The position numbers and the translations under genes are program-made. From Ptychomitrium polyphyllum (lineage: Eukaryota): a DNA stretch of 64,000 bases. Location of the stretch: NCBI GenBank assembly GCA_973851085.1, contig OZ316776.1:11036001-11100000 (forward strand), read 5' to 3'. The notes under the pieces were generated by a model. The model worked only from the letters and a program-made list of their open reading frames with translations, was not told where the DNA came from and searched no databases. Of the stretch, positions 34,932 to 53,469 are shown in pieces. Numbering within the stretch: position 1 is the first letter of the stretch; every line of letters begins with the position of its first letter.

Positions 34932-37900
34932 AACCATTCGATACATTCCAAACGCATGAACAAGATTGTTTAGATTAAAAAACCAATTTCGACTCAGAAG
35001 GTGAAGACATGATCGTCATCACACGGGCAGCGATTGACGAGCATTGCGGCTTCGGCGTACACAATTTATTGAGAGGATTGCGAGAGCTAGGAAATTAATA
35101 AGATTGAATACTGTTAAACATAAAAATGATTTGTGTATATTAAAGCTCTGGTAAGAGTCTACCACTTCTACCGTCCCATGTAGAGTATAGGATTCAGGTT
35201 TACAGATCGGATGCAGGAGTTCATTATTGTAGAGAAATATTCATTATACAATAAAGGCAAATTGCCTCCACTTGAAACTCTTCGGTTACGGAGAGTTGAG
35301 TGTATGAATGGGGACAGAGTTTGGCCCTTAAATTTAGCATTTCTGACATTGTTTGAGTATTCAATCTGAGACAGTCGTTAATATCGTTATCATTAGCATT
35401 AATTCCTCTGATTCTAATTCAAATACTTGGCAAATGAAGAGCACTTTCAATTTTTAAGTTGCTAGTATTGCACCTGGGAAGCTTCTTGCTAGTTATGTGG
35501 AGACTCTAAGGCCTTGTAAACAATGCATCGTGTCTCGCATCGTCAACAATGATCTTCGAACACAAACGTGCTGCAACTTTTCTGAGTAATTGAGACCAAC
35601 ATTTTGGCATGAATATTACGTCCAATGCAAGAAGCATACTGAATTCTTGAATTCTAATTCTGCCAGTCAGCAGAAATGCTTGAACTCCGGCAGCAAACCT
35701 CTAATCAGACGCAAGTCTGAATCCTTGTGAAACACGTCGACTTCATCATCATCGATGTGGATGTAGCACTTCCAGAAGCATATACCGGATAATCGGAGAT
35801 GAATCCATTGGTAATCAAGTTGTGGTTGCAAACTTCAAAGATGATATCCATATATAGGACAACGAGTTGTGATCAACTGTAATTTGAATTTATTGTAAAT
35901 GATTTATTCTCGTCGATATTCACAACAATGATTCAAGAACGCCTGTACTACAGATAGCATGATTTGAGCCAAGTTGAATGCTTGCAATCTTTTCTTTGAA
36001 TGGAACCCATTTCATTTGAAAAACAACGAACCAAACAAACAAACAAAATACAACGCCAATTTGAGTTCCAGTCATATGCAGGGAGACTGACAGTAAAGTG
36101 AACGTGAACATCACTGTTACAACTTCCATCTAGCGATGGATATGCATCCCGCTAACACAGAATTTGCCATTCATGCAACAAGTGCTCACAAACTCCGGAT
36201 GCTTGCAAATCTAGACGAAGCGCGTGCAAGTTGCAGATATTTCTCAACAACCAAGTGCCTTGGAAGGATGTTACATTAATGAAGCTACATGAACGGTGGA
36301 TATTTTGGCCTGACGCCCACGTTTGAGCACGTTCAGCAGTGCCGAGGTTAAGGCCTCTGCCCGTGTGCTAATTGTAATTAGTCTCTTAATTACACACAAA
36401 CCAGTCACTAAATTTGCCACCAACTTGGTCTGAGCACGCCGCCACTGGGACCTGGCCCACTTCTCACTTGTGCAAAAATATTTTGCTGAACTTGTTAAAT
36501 ATTACCCTTGAATGCCGTAAATGGAATCTCTTGTTCCAGTAACATCATACGATGATTGCACCCCAAGCAAGGTTGCAAGCCTAATTCGAAATTCTCAAAA
36601 ATCGTCCATTCTGGCAGTTACCTCCAGAATTTCAAAAATATTTTACACATGCTTATAAGAATTTCTAGCTATGCTTCAGAGTTTCATGGGTACAATTCTG
36701 AATAGCTTGGGTAGAATTCTGCCCATATACAGTGCACCATTTATCGCCATTACTTTGAGACCAAATATTAGTGTGAAATCTTACATCAATCCTCACACTG
36801 ATTGGAGTAGAGACTGTCAAATAATGTAAGAACATAATAGTATTTTATTTTGCAACATTACTTTTTGACAACTGCTTATCAGAATTTCAAAGGTAATTTA
36901 ATATTAATATAAAATTAAAAAAAATATTTATTATCGTTTTATTTGCACTTGCTTGGTTATCATGATATTATTGCAGACAGCACTATACCTTCACAGATCA
37001 CAAATAGTATCAACATCACAGGAAGTACTGATGATTTACAATTATTGTGACTAACATTTCGTTCTAATTTCAAATTACTGTGACTTACAGTTGTCAATGT
37101 AGTAAGCATAAGTGAACCAGCGTTTTCCAATATTTTCTATACCATGCCAGCTTTGGGCACCAAAAATTAAATAATCATTCATTTTGAAATTCATGTAAAA
37201 GCCACGTCCAGGATGACCAAGAATTCTTGTCCAGGTTGACGAATTCTTGTCGCGCAGCACATGATGAAAGTAGTGGAGAACTTTAGTCAACGCTGTCCGC
37301 AATCGGCTCGAAAATCGGTAATACTGTCCTGTAAAATATTACAAGTTTTTAGATACCAGAGAGCAAAGCTCAAAGTGGAATCCATCAGATGATCTGCACA
37401 AGTTGCACATTTTACACTACAGCAGTGTAACATTCACTTTAGACTCGCTACAAACCCTGGCGGGCAGCCCCTGGCTTTGTCTGCTGTTCGTTTCGTCACA
37501 GTTAAAAACACCATTAATCAAACTCGTGACGAGACCAGAGGACGGGTAAAGCTGAGTTACTGCGATTGCAGCGATGGGTAGTGGGGACGAGGGATCAAGG
37601 AACCTGTGGCAAAAATCGAACCTCCACTATGTGTGGCTACAAGTGCGGTTACCCCATGTCAGCGCTTTGCTAATCGAGGTCCACCTGAGCAACGAGCACG
37701 CTCACCACTCTAATCTCAACCTAGCGCTGGACCTCGAGGATCCAGGAGAAGCGGCTCAAAATCGCTCCTTGAAGCGCTGCCTTGAGAGGCTTTCCATGCT
37801 CACTACGCCGACGTCTGATTGGCGTTTTCCTGAGATTAAAATATGGTTGCTAAATTGCTCACTACTGTTCCGGAATATGGGTCAGTTTGGATCAGTTCCC

Positions 37901-38587
37901 ACACCACTATATGAGTCTCTGGCCATGCACTCAGTTTCTATTGCTTTTCCTTCTTACATTTCCTCCACTCAGCTTTGGCAGATCTAGTCTGTGGTCAGCT
38001 CTTCCCTGGTGAGTGTTTCCAGTTACTATAGGGATTCAATTTGGTTTTTTCTCTGCTTAGGAAGTGATCGCAGAACTGCTGAATTCTTCAGGAGGTTGTT
38101 GGCTTGATAGAAACTGTGTGTTTTTTAATTTTAGGGGAAGCAGCTATCTTGTAGTGTGCTGCCTACCAACGATGTAGCCATTTTGTGAAGTAACGTATTA
38201 TGCTTTGCCAGTTCTTACAATCAGTGTGTGCAAGTGCCAAGTACGGTCGTATTGTAGAGTCTCAAAGTTTCCTTGCTGAGATTGTGACAGGCTACTAGTT
38301 GTCCCTTCGGTACCTTGGGCAGTGCATGTGACAAATTGTGGAGTTGTACTTTTAGGATCAAAACGGGGGAATATTCTAGCAATTGTTTGTTGGTCAAACT
38401 ATCACACCTGCTAAAGCGTTTTCCGGTGTGTGAACCTATGCAGTTGATACTGTGAGCAGTGGGGTATATCTGGGTCTGCTTTTGAACGCTTTCGTAGTGA
38501 TCTAGTGTATCCTCTCCTTGGATTCTCTGTGCAGCTTGTAGCGATCGGCTTCATCTGAACCACTCTTCATCCCAGAAGCGCGTCGAT

Positions 38588-40041
38588 ATGGCTGCCACCC
38601 AACAGAAGATCGACGCCCTTGTCAAGTGCGTTCCTCTGGGAGTCGTCACCTTGTCACTCCTTGATTTAGTGTTTTCTTTGTAGCTAGGACTCCGTTACTT
38701 TGACTCGTCTAATTGGATGTTAAAGCCTATCCATTCCTAAATGAATCTATAGAATAAAGGAAAGTTTATCTCTTGATTTTTTAAAAATGTTTGGGTTGTT
38801 GATTGTTCAGGAATCCCGAGGCTGCCAAGAAGCTCGAGGAAGTGATTAATGCTTTGGAGAAAACCTACTTGAGCGGTGCTGCCCCAGCCGAGGACCCTAT
38901 CGCCAGACTCGGCAAAGGATTCCAGACATTCAAGACTAACGTCTACGAGTGAGCCCGAAGCTTTGTCCTCCATCGCGGCCACCTAGATTTATACATCTTT
39001 TGCTAGAAAGTAAACTGGTGATGATGACCCTATCAGTTAAAAAAATTGTCAGTGATCGTGGTACTGTACCCCTAGGTTCGTTATGGTTGTACTCTGAATC
39101 AGCTCGCACCCCAAACTGATGGTCTTGGTGATTATTTGTGTCGGCAGGAAGGACACAGCTCTATTCGAGAAGTTGAAGACGGGACAATGGCCCAAGGTTA
39201 GTACGACCGACTTCGTTTGTACTGAATTTCAGTTTCCTGAAATGGTTTTTAGTAAATTTGGTGATTTATGAGCTTGATATTATTGTGGTGCAGTACATGG
39301 TGATTGCTTGCTCCGATTCCCGAGTGGACCCTGCCACCATCTTGGGCTTCAACCCCGGAGATGCGTTCATGGTGCGCAATGTCGCTAACATGGTGCCCGC
39401 GTGGGAGAAGGGTGGGTACCCTTCTGTGAGCTCAGCGCTCGAGTACGCTGTGAAGCACCTTAAGGTGGAGCATATCATCGTCATCGGTCACCGTCTCTGT
39501 GGAGGTATTAAGGCTCTTGTTACTACCGAGGAAGGCCAGGGTTCACAGTAAGCGCCACCGGCCAGTACCCATCGTCTTTGTAACTTGGTCCTATTTAATG
39601 TTTTATCTGATTTTATATTATCAGAACCCAGAAGTAATATCTGCGGTGGTTGCAGCGACTTCATTGAGAAGTGGTTGGAGATTGGAAAGCCTGCTCGCGC
39701 AGCAACCAAGGCAGTCATGGGTTCGGATGAAGTTGACGAGCAGTGCAAGTTCTGCGAGAAGGTTAGGATTTTTCTTCTTAGAGAAATTTCTTATTTTCGG
39801 CTGGGGATTAGTTAAATTTCTGGCGACCTATCTCCATTATGAACTAAATATGGTTTCCTTTATTTTCTTGTGGCAGGAATCGGTGAACGTGTCGCTCACA
39901 AACCTGCTGTCCTACCCGTGGGTGAAGGAGAAGGTGATTGGTAAGAAGCTAAGTATTCACGGTGGCTTCTACGACTTTGTCGAGGGCTCCTTCCAAGTGT
40001 GGGACTTCGACGTCAACGTCGGTCACTCCCGCAAATTTTGA
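38588..40041 (+). CDS. BCA: Beta-class carbonic anhydrase
   Basis: Exons approximately 38588-38625, 38811-38948, 39148-39196, 39294-39547, 39656-39761, 39877-40041. Motifs [60 protein letters not shown]. Likely 5'UTR intron about 38009-38534. Confidence 0.95.
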
Positions 40042-43000
40042 GTATCTTACTCATTGTGAATTTAATTAACGATTCTGGTGTAGCATTTACATTTGATAGC
40101 TACTGCTGACTAGCCAGGTGCTGAATTGAACGAATCGGCCATTTCTAGTAGTAGAAGAGGCGTGTACCTGAGCTAAGAGCTTCTCCTAAGTCTGGTTCAA
40201 CCTGAAACTGAAGGAATTGTATGTTCTGCGTCGGCTTGAGGCCGAGTTATGAATATTCATGGAAACACATATCTGGTCCCTGTCTGTGAGAGCGTGAACT
40301 CTACAGCGTTCCCATCTTTGCTGTGAACTTGTCTGCATTTGCAATTCTGGTTGAATGCGTGGAGGCTTGAAATTTGGTATATTCTGGGGTGGTCTGCATT
40401 GTCTGGCCTGGAACTGTACCGCTCTGTACTGTTTCAGGTACTCGGGAACCAGAGAAATCATAATTACACTATCCTAGAGCATTGATTTCTTTCTGTTATA
40501 GGGTTAATAACTTCCATCCGCGATTGCGCAACTCCAGTTGCTGGCACAGGCCGACGAATCCGATTAGTAGTTTGCTACCCTTGCCTTCGTTTGCTGACGA
40601 ACTGAAAGTTAGGAACTGAAATTCAACATCCTGTGTGTTTTACATTCAAGTGCAAGATAGTATCCCTTGCTAAGAAATGGTCCCTACATTGTCCCGTGGA
40701 ATGATGCACCCGCCATGTCCCTTACGTACAGTCAAGGTTGGCAACTTTCTGAGAGCTTTCTGGTAGTGTAGTGTGTCTGTATATCAGTCACCGACTGTCT
40801 GGATTCTCTGTACTAGGTTGTGGCACGTAGATGCTGCACGGTTGTTGACAGGAGACTGACTGGCGCTGGTAGTTTAATGTGTAGAAAATGACACTGTAGT
40901 ACCATATCATGGGTTGATCACTTGAAGACTGAATATAGGGTGCAGGGTGCTAATCGTTTATTGAAAGTGCAAGTCCAACCCCTATACGGTAGTTGCTAGG
41001 CCCTCCAGTTGCTGCAGGGCAAGTGCACAAATTCGCCCTTCAAGTGCTCACTTGCAGGGGAGAGCTTTTTGTATCTTTGCCTGGGAATGGCACCTAAAAC
41101 TTGGACCTCATCAGCATTTATGGATGTGGATCTTGACCACGTTGAGTCTTCTAGATTCTTAATCTGAAGGAGACCAGTTAACGTGCGTGAGCTTTTTTAA
41201 GAGATCGCATGGCTGCGCGTCAACGGTACAACAAGGGCAAGGGCTGTTTAAATGCTTCCAAGGGAATGTTTATAACAACATGAGGTAGAGGTCACTATTC
41301 CCTTTGAAACAGCTTATTCTACTAACAACTGTAGGTCTGTATGGAGGATTTTTTTGAGAAAGTTTTAGGAAATTAGGATGAGATCTTTCTTGAATTAAAA
41401 GTTGGATTTCGGTTTCTCATTTTAGTGGTGATCCTTTTTGTGATGTGAGATTGTTCTTTTAAGTATATTTTCTGATTTGCTTATACTATAGGAAATAGTG
41501 TTGAGTATCTTATTGGTGATAGCATTGATAAATTTAGTTGTGTATATAGGATCTAAAATTCATATTTTATATGTACATCAACTCCATGATTACAATAAGA
41601 TGTATTTTCATGGTTTTTTTTAAATGGTTAAATCCATGCAAAGTTCATAATCTTAGGAAGTTATAAAAGATAGTTGTAAGTGTAATTCTAAATTTCCACA
41701 GACACAATGTGACTAAAATAATCATTGCCATGTTGTCTTCATATACAAATGGCCAAATTGTATTCTATATGCTTTCATTTTTTTCCAAAGGTTACCAAGC
41801 TATTTTAATTCTTAGATATTTACACCTTGACAAACTTTGATGTTGAAGACAAATATGATTGACTATTATCTTTATTTTGATTTTGTAACATCCATATTCT
41901 AACTATTAGCAATTTTTAGAAGTTCACTAGAAAAATTTAAAGTGTTTCTTAGGGCATCAAATTAAGTTGCTTTCATGTGCTATTTTTTTACCTTTCTTCC
42001 ATTCCAATTTTTTTTAATTATTTAATAATAAAAGCCTTGAAATATATCTCATACTATTAACCATGCTCTTGCTACTTTATTATTGTCAAGTGCTATAAGC
42101 ATATTTGTGTTGACAATTTAAAATTCTACATATTTAACTTTTTCTTTGAATGAATTTTTTTTAGAATGTATATGAATACATATGGTGTATCCATGTCTTT
42201 GAGCTTTTATATCAAATGGATTATAAAAAATACTTGTATGTATAGCATTAGTTTTATCTCATAAAATACATAGTGAAAAGGCACGTGTACTTGTAAATGG
42301 TAAAACATCTCTTTACAACTTTTAAGATCAATTTACAAGTAACGAGATGGACATGCAAAGGATTATGAGATATAGAAGTACATATCAATTGCAAATAAAT
42401 TTTAAAAATGATAAAATAAAATCTAGCTTTATTGATAGGGAAATTATTATGGATGAAGTATACAATTCAAGATATTTTGTAAATAGCATTGATGCAATTT
42501 TAAATGTCAAATATAACATTAGATTAAATATAAAGACTATGTTATATAATAAAAAGTTGTTGTTAGATACACGTTCTAAGTGCAATTCAAATAATAGATG
42601 AAGCCAATGAAATACTAACTATATGCACCTTAATTCTTTACAAATACTGTCAATTCAACTTATTACTCTTTTATAGGAAATATAAGATAAAAATGTATAA
42701 TAAATCTTATATTTAAAAAGTAATAAGCACATGATAAGAGTTTCAGACGAGGGAATTATATTTGAATGATATTCAATTGAAGTTATTCCATCATCTATGA
42801 ATTGGTACCAATTTTGAAGTATACAAAAGGATAATGCTAGAAAACATCAATAATAATGTCTATAGAAACTCTATATAATATTCTCTAATAATGTTCTAAG
42901 CGGGGTCATACAGTGTTGATAATTTTTCCAAAGTTGTAAAGATTAAACAAGGAATGGAATAAATATACACCACAGAAGTTACACAGCATGGGACAAGAGA

Positions 43001-43855
43001 CAAGTTACATTATAGCCATGCAAGTATTCAAAGGTGTTAAACACAATAAGGAAAGAACAATAATATGCTAGCATTTGAATTTTGCAAAGACGTTAAAGGA
43101 GCTGGACTCAACATGATGAACTGTATATTTGAGCTCTTTGGGTATCGACAATACAATCGTGAGAAAAATAGATGAGATGGCCATTATGGATGAGATGGAC
43201 ATTACAGTCGAGGTGGATAATGATGATCCACGTTAATCTTCTAATAATTATGAGTTTACATGATTCATGATGCATAATTCCAATTTAGTGCCAAAAACTT
43301 GCTCCACCAGTGTTCCTGATCATAACATACATCATAAAACTGAGGAAAGAGTGGGAAGAGAATAGGGGCAACTTAGTGTCTGCGACAGAGCCAACGAAGT
43401 CCCCAACAGTGGAACTCAGTGACGTACAAAATCTCATGCAGTAAACAATAACATAAAATTTTACAGGAAAGTTTCTCCTTTTTGACAAATTTGCAATGTG
43501 CAGAAGCCAAGTTCTGCTCAATGATTTAATGCATTTCCATGCTTCAGCCATCTTGAGCCTCAATGGCTGTGCATGGAAATGCATTACATTTCCATCTTCC
43601 ACCTAACTTAAAACTGTACACCAGGAACGTTGAACACGACTTTTGAACAACTCTGTGCAAAGTCTCTGATACTTGAGACCTACACAATCATAACCCTTAT
43701 TCACTTAGTCCTGAGAGAACCCAACTCTGATGAATACGCGCTTGTGGCTCCACTTAACGCTTATTCTCGTTCTGTATTTCTTTAGACCATCTTGATAGAT
43801 ACAAAAGATACCATGATGTAATTACGGGTTTGTGTGAGTAGAAATTTGGTGAAAT

Positions 43856-47307
<3,452 letters not shown>

Positions 47308-47951
47308 CTCACAGATCTCACAAACTTGGAATCCAAACTTCAATGTTGGAGGATTGAGAACATGAAGTCAATCATAGGCACCCTCATATCCAATACAAGC
47401 AAACCCCGTCCAACTGTTCGTCAACTTCCAAGGCCCTCCTCTGACTTCCACCGGCTACTTCAGCTGATGTCAAACCTGGTGACTCGAAGGACAGTCCGCA
47501 TTTAACTCCATTAAGGAAAATACTAGCGGATTTCTCGATGCAGGTTCCAGGATTGCGAGATCTTCACGTCTACTGCACCCGCTCATCAAAGTTGCATTCC
47601 AGAAAAATTTCATTCATGTCTCTGTCTGTAATGACTATCCATGGCTTCAAATACAAGCAGCACCGGCATCATGTCTCCAAGTATACTGCTATATTTCCCG
47701 GACCAAATTACTCCTGCTTCTCGAGGACCGTCTATGTACACAACACCAGCTCTCCATACAGAAGCCTGATACACAATCCCTGGTAGAGAAAGCCCTCTCC
47801 TCGGCCACTGCATTCACCCCCTAGCCCAAATTCTGCGTCTCCGCTCACAACAGGCCCTAAACCCTACACAAAAACCAACATGAATACTCCACACCCACAC
47901 TACTACACCAATCCCACCCTGCAAACCCACTCCTGCACATTCACCCCCAAA

Positions 47952-47960
47952 AAACCCTAA
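47952..47960. promoter_or_regulatory. Telo-box (AAACCCTAA) in the CDKD 5' region, next to site-II-like AGCCCA motifs
   Basis: Exact AAACCCTAA, with AGCCCA at about 47823 and about 47964 and a CT/CA microsatellite at about 48000-48030. Function is inferred only. Confidence 0.4.
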
Positions 47961-50900
47961 CAAAGCCCAACACTCTCAAACACACAACGCCGTACAAGCT
48001 CTCTCACTCTCTCTCTAACACACACGCACACAGTCTCGCTTTTCACTGCACACACGGAGCCGAACTTTTGAACACCACCGCTTCCGAACGGGAAATGCAT
48101 CAGCTCCCAAGCCCTCCCAATGATGGCAACGACGAACTCTACTCACAATGTGGGTCCGTCCCCAAACGGCAACTGCACATAACAACGTTCCCCCACAGAA
48201 TCTGGTCAATGAAAACTGACATCCCTGGGGCACGAGTCTAAATTCTCATCAACGCCCGCGATAACATCGCCAGCATGGCATGGCAACATGGATGGGATGG
48301 ACTCGGAGTCACGCTTTCAGCTTCCGCAACGAACTCATTTTCCATCATTTTCCTCAATTCGGTTTTCTGGAAGCCATGATTTCCAGGCTGAGGCTCATGA
48401 ATGATCTAATCGTTCGGAAGCCTCCGTCGTCCTCCCGTTGTGATGCTCTTTCTATTTTTCGGATCAGCGTCAGACCAACAGTGCATTGTCCATGCGAGAC
48501 TCGACAAGTGAATGGATCCTCGCTACCAGTGTCTAATCATAATCTGCAGCCAGTCAGGTGGCGCAGCAACTGAACGGTTCCGCTGCCGTCTTGGAGGGGG
48601 GGCAGGACGCCACGGGGGATTTCCCGCTGGTTGGGTTTGAATGCGGCCAATGGGAGAACCGGGAATGAGCTGAGATGGCGGGTTAACGTGGTCGGTCCGT
48701 TGGACCGTTGGGGGAGGGAAGACCGTTGCTGGCCCTAGATGGGTCACTGCCCGGCTGTAAGGCCTCGCCACCTGGGCCGGAGATGCTCCCTGTGGAGAGG
48801 GAATCGTGTAGGGAGGACGGGCCAGGCCCAACGACACTAAATAAGTTTTCACGGTTTCCCTCTTTTCGCGGTTCAGCGGAACTGCCATTGCGTTTGGTTT
48901 CCTGGCTTTGTGCGTCCGTGCCATGTGGCGGTGAGCCCTAACGCCTTGTGGACGTATTTCTTTCAGGCAGGAGAAGTTATCTTGTGTGTTTGTACTATGG
49001 GTGGGGTTTACTAACCTGGGACGTCACTTATCACTTAATTGAGGATTTGGAGGCTTTCCATCTGGATTGGGTCTGTGAGATTTGGGATGGCTGGAAATTG
49101 GTAGGGTTAATTGGACTGATGCTATCTGCATTGAAGTGCTTAGTGCAATGTAAGGTAGAACCGCTGAAATGTGACAAGATCTAAACTTGCCTACATGGAC
49201 AGTAGTAAGTTGTGGTTCATGTGTAAGCAGTTTGGATCCTAGTCACTGTTGGACGGTTCTACCTTAGCAATTGGGTAATACATGAGAGATGTTCATCCAA
49301 GGAACATCCATACGAGTTTACGTAAATTAGACATTTATTTTCCATAGATGAAGCTTATGCCAGGAGGATATAGATTGGAAGTATAAAAGTAAAGAAACAC
49401 AACGTGAGATGGCTTTTGAAGTAGAATATAGATGTTCATTGGAAAGATTTAACTTATTCATTGAAAAATAAACAATAATATTAAAATAAGATAAACTTTA
49501 CAAAAACAAAAGAAAATGTGCCTATATGTGTTGTCCTTTACATTTCATTTGCAAAGGTGATAGAGACTTTATTAATGGTGTAAAAAGCATTACCATATAA
49601 TTCATCAACTTCACAAAGTCTAATGAAATAGTTTTCTTCAAAATAATTTTTAAAAACTAATAAATGAAATTCAAAAGAATTGTAATAATAACTAAAATAT
49701 TTTTGAATATTAGCAAGAACCATAATTTTATCCAATTACAAAAACTATTACATCATATTGTATCAATGTTCTTAACTTCAAATGTTACTACAAAGATATT
49801 AATAATTAATGCAACAATTATATATCTTATTTTTACAATCATTCATTCAAATGACTAAGCCAATTAATATGACAAGATTGTTTAAATGAGTCTAAAATGT
49901 TTTTGATACAAAATATTTATATAAAATACACTCTAATGAGTAATAGAATTCATAGATTAGCAACAAATATTCTACACAATTCTAATTTACAATCCATTAA
50001 TTTTCTAAAAAATAATCTCCTCAATTTCTACTTGCATTTAATATTGTTCTTGTTTAACTTATAAGAAATCTCATTTTAAGATATTGGATCAAGTTTTAAT
50101 TTAGGATTTAAACTTTAGACAAATAAAACAAGAAATTAAACAAAGATAAGATTGTTCGTAAGGCAAAAAGATGGATTTGTGATTAGCCAAAAACTTTGGA
50201 ATCTCTAATCTATCCTAATGCCTAATGTATAGTATTTAATGGCATTTTTTATGGCATTTTAATTCTTTGTAGATACCAAAAAAATAATTCAAACAAGTCA
50301 TTAGGCAAAGTTATAGCCCTCCAAAATTTCTAATTGTTTTCTTATTTGTCTACCTATCTCCTTAAATGATGTCATTTCCACCTTCATTTGTTTTTTCATT
50401 TCCATAATAAATAAAATAAACAAAGCAATCATCACACCTTCAATATAATGGCATTTAATGCAAGTTTCTATACAATTGCAAGAGTAAAAAGAAATATAAT
50501 TATAAAACAATTAAATTTCAAAAAGATAAAAAGTAAAACAAAAAACAGCAAAAAGATAAAATAAAAATAAAGCAATAAAAATATAAAATAAAACTAGTAT
50601 AAAAATTCATGAAATAGATTGATAAAACAATAAAAATCAATAAAAATATCAATAAAAAAAAAAGTAAAAAATAAATTTATATGTGCAAAACAGACAGACA
50701 AATAAACTAACAAGATTCTTAGGTTTTTTTATTTTACACCTTTCATTTGTGAAGACACTTCATCTAGAGCCTATTGACAATGTAACATCCATTTTTTCAA
50801 TCTATCTTGAATAAACCTTCATCTCCAAAAACGTTTGTTTTATCAACATAAACAATTAAGTGATTTTAATATTAAATAATTATGGTATATTTAAATAAAA

Positions 50901-52324
50901 TATTATGTTTTAACTTTTTATTTATTTGGATCTATAAAAAACAATAGTATCTCATTCATCATATTCTTTATTTTGACATTGAGTTGCCTGATATTTTTAA
51001 GACATATAACTATAGTATTTTTGAATTCATATGAAAAACTTATGATCTTAAAACATAAATGTATAAAACAAAAGCCAATAGAAATGTATAAGTATAATTG
51101 TGCAATGAAAATAATTTATAAGATGGAATGGATTCAATGCAAAGCATAAATTATCACATAAAAAGGCCTGAATTGAAAACCTATAAATTTGGGAAATGTA
51201 CTTGGAAATTGTTAGAAGTAGTTATAAAAAGATAGCATTCTAAAAAAGTATTTTTGACAATTGTAGCACAGATTTAATTTAATTTTAATTTAATTTAATT
51301 TTTTTTTTTAAAAGAATAATAAACAAAGATAAATAATCATTTACATTATAAAACTCATGATTGCAAATGAATTTCTAATTTTCCATTCTAAAATACATGT
51401 AATAATAAAAAGTAGATCAATAAAAATTGTATAAATTGCAATGATTCATATGTTATATATTTCAAATAATAAAATCATTGGCCATATTTTATGTAATCAA
51501 GAATTTTAAAGAAATCAAAGAATAATGAATTGTAAATATTTGACATATTTGCCAATAGTCAATAATAAAATACTGTAATAAAAAAGATAAGTTTAAATAA
51601 TGCATTAAAAAATCTATAAAATTTTATATGTTGTTGTTATGATAAAGATAAGGAAAAGGGCCATCACATCATTAATGTGATGATATTTAATGCAAACTTT
51701 TGTATATTTTTTATTAAGCTAAAAGTACCAAACTTTTAAGATTTTAAATTTTACTATGTATATTATTAAAATATGGAAGACGCTTAACTTATAGTTCTTA
51801 GAAAATCTTGGCTAATACAAGAAGAGGCATTTTAAATTCAAATTTGCATTTTAATTATAAGTAATAGAGAAGGCTTCAATTTGAATCCTAAACCTTACAA
51901 TAACAAGTAAAGAGATGCACCGTTGTTGATTAGGAAGCTAATATTAAAGTTGTTACAAAAAAGAATCTTGCTAATGATCAAATGCAAGAGAATATCCATG
52001 ATTCTATCCGTTAGAATGAAAATCTAAGTTGACAGAGAATAATAAATATAAAAATTAGACATACTCTTAGATGAAAAGTTTAAAATGTTAATTAATCTTT
52101 TGATTATTGTGTGAAGAGCTTTATAGGATGCATCAACGTCTATTAGCAAGGTCTCTTTGGTATAATAGCAAGTGCCAATTGGGCAATGTAATCTTAAACA
52201 ATCAATTGCAGGCATTGCACAATAATTTCCAATGTACAAGACATTGTAAGCTTAAATTCATGTATTTTCAAAGAAAATTATATTTGCATTGAAGAAAACT
52301 TAATTCAATGCATATATCTTCCAT

Positions 52325-53469
52325 TGTCGCAACCGTTGTAATGCACCTTAGCAAGCGTCACGCGCGTCAACTCTGTACACCTCCACATGTACATGGTTAA
52401 CCCCCATTCTTACTTTCCAAGTCTTTCTACCATTACTCTTAAGACACCCAATTTATTAGTAGCCAATGGTTAGGTGCAGACTTCCATTCATGTCCAAGGC
52501 CTCACCTGGTGTTACTCCCATTCCACACAGCCTAACCGCACTTAGTAGTGTTTCCTCACCACCACTCATGATGCCCATGTGATCCTAAAATCACCCCGAG
52601 TCATCATGGTGCCGGCGTGAAGACACCACTCCAACTTAGTGGTAATAAGGGTACCCTTTTGAACGTGCTAGTTCCTTCCGTGAAACCGGTCGTCCACCGG
52701 CTCACAATGGTGTGGGAGTCCCCGTGGTGAAGCCCCAACACTAGCTTCACCAACCAAGACTCACCCTTGGTCTCTACCGGGATACTAGGGAAGTGGGGAG
52801 GGGGACCAGCCCTCCTTTATAGTACTCTCTGTGGGATTCGGCAGGCCCCTTGGCCCTCTGTAGCTGGCTGAACCCCGACACACCTAGAGTTTTGGAAGAC
52901 CACCCGATCTCCCTTGGAACTTAGCCGCTGGAAGCCTCCGGGACTCCCAACGGACCTTTAGGGAGCCATATCTTCCTCATCCAGTGTCCGAATGTATTGA
53001 GCGACCACTCTATCGTCATTTATTCTTTGCGTAGATGCCGATAGACTCCTCAAACGTCCGATTTGAGTTAGTATTGTGGGAGATACGCCTCTCCCAAGGT
53101 TTGGGACTCCCGGGGAGTCCCTCCTTGGACTGTCCCACTCCAGTACAGTCACTGTGTAGGGCTGCCACACTCCAGAACAGCCCCTTAGCAACCCCAACTT
53201 TGGGATGCCATAACTTTTAGCTCCCTTGTCCGATTTGGACAATCTTTAGCATTCTAGAATCAGCTCTTCGTAATTCCTCCAATGCCCACGATCTATCCCT
53301 CGTGGCCCTCTGTCTTCATGGGCAAGGATGTTTCTCCCCCTAGGGTTCCTTCCCACGCTAGGCCCACTTGGTTCCTCTCACTATTGGCGCCACAAGTCCC
53401 GGACGTCACTCCGGAGTCCCCTTTGTGCCCTTAGTGTTGCGGGCACTCTTCAAGGAGAGGTGCGCGACA
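52325..53469 (-). repeat. 3' LTR
   Basis: Adjacent to the PPT. Direct repeat of 58933-60077 (offset 6608). Confidence 0.97.

Noticed and set aside
7795..40041. Idea of a carbon-fixation gene cluster (plastid DUF3783, inactive PCD-like reminiscent of RAF2/acRAF, beta-CA)
   Set aside because: The genes are spread over 32 kb with unrelated genes between them, and neither the PCD-like protein nor the CA shows a transit peptide. Chance neighbourhood is more likely.
41650..42900. AT-rich block between the CA and CDKD genes resembling decayed retroelement sequence
   Set aside because: Too degraded to assign family or boundaries by eye.
48523..48941. GC-rich island with a 133-aa Pro-rich minus-strand ORF
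   Set aside because: No domain or clear exon structure; consistent with promoter sequence rich in GGGCC/GGCCC motifs upstream of CDKD.
52958..53242. 94-aa ORF present twice (also 59566-59850)
   Set aside because: Lies in the LTR, so duplication is trivial; no recognisable domain, and not evidently preserved in the older LTR copies.
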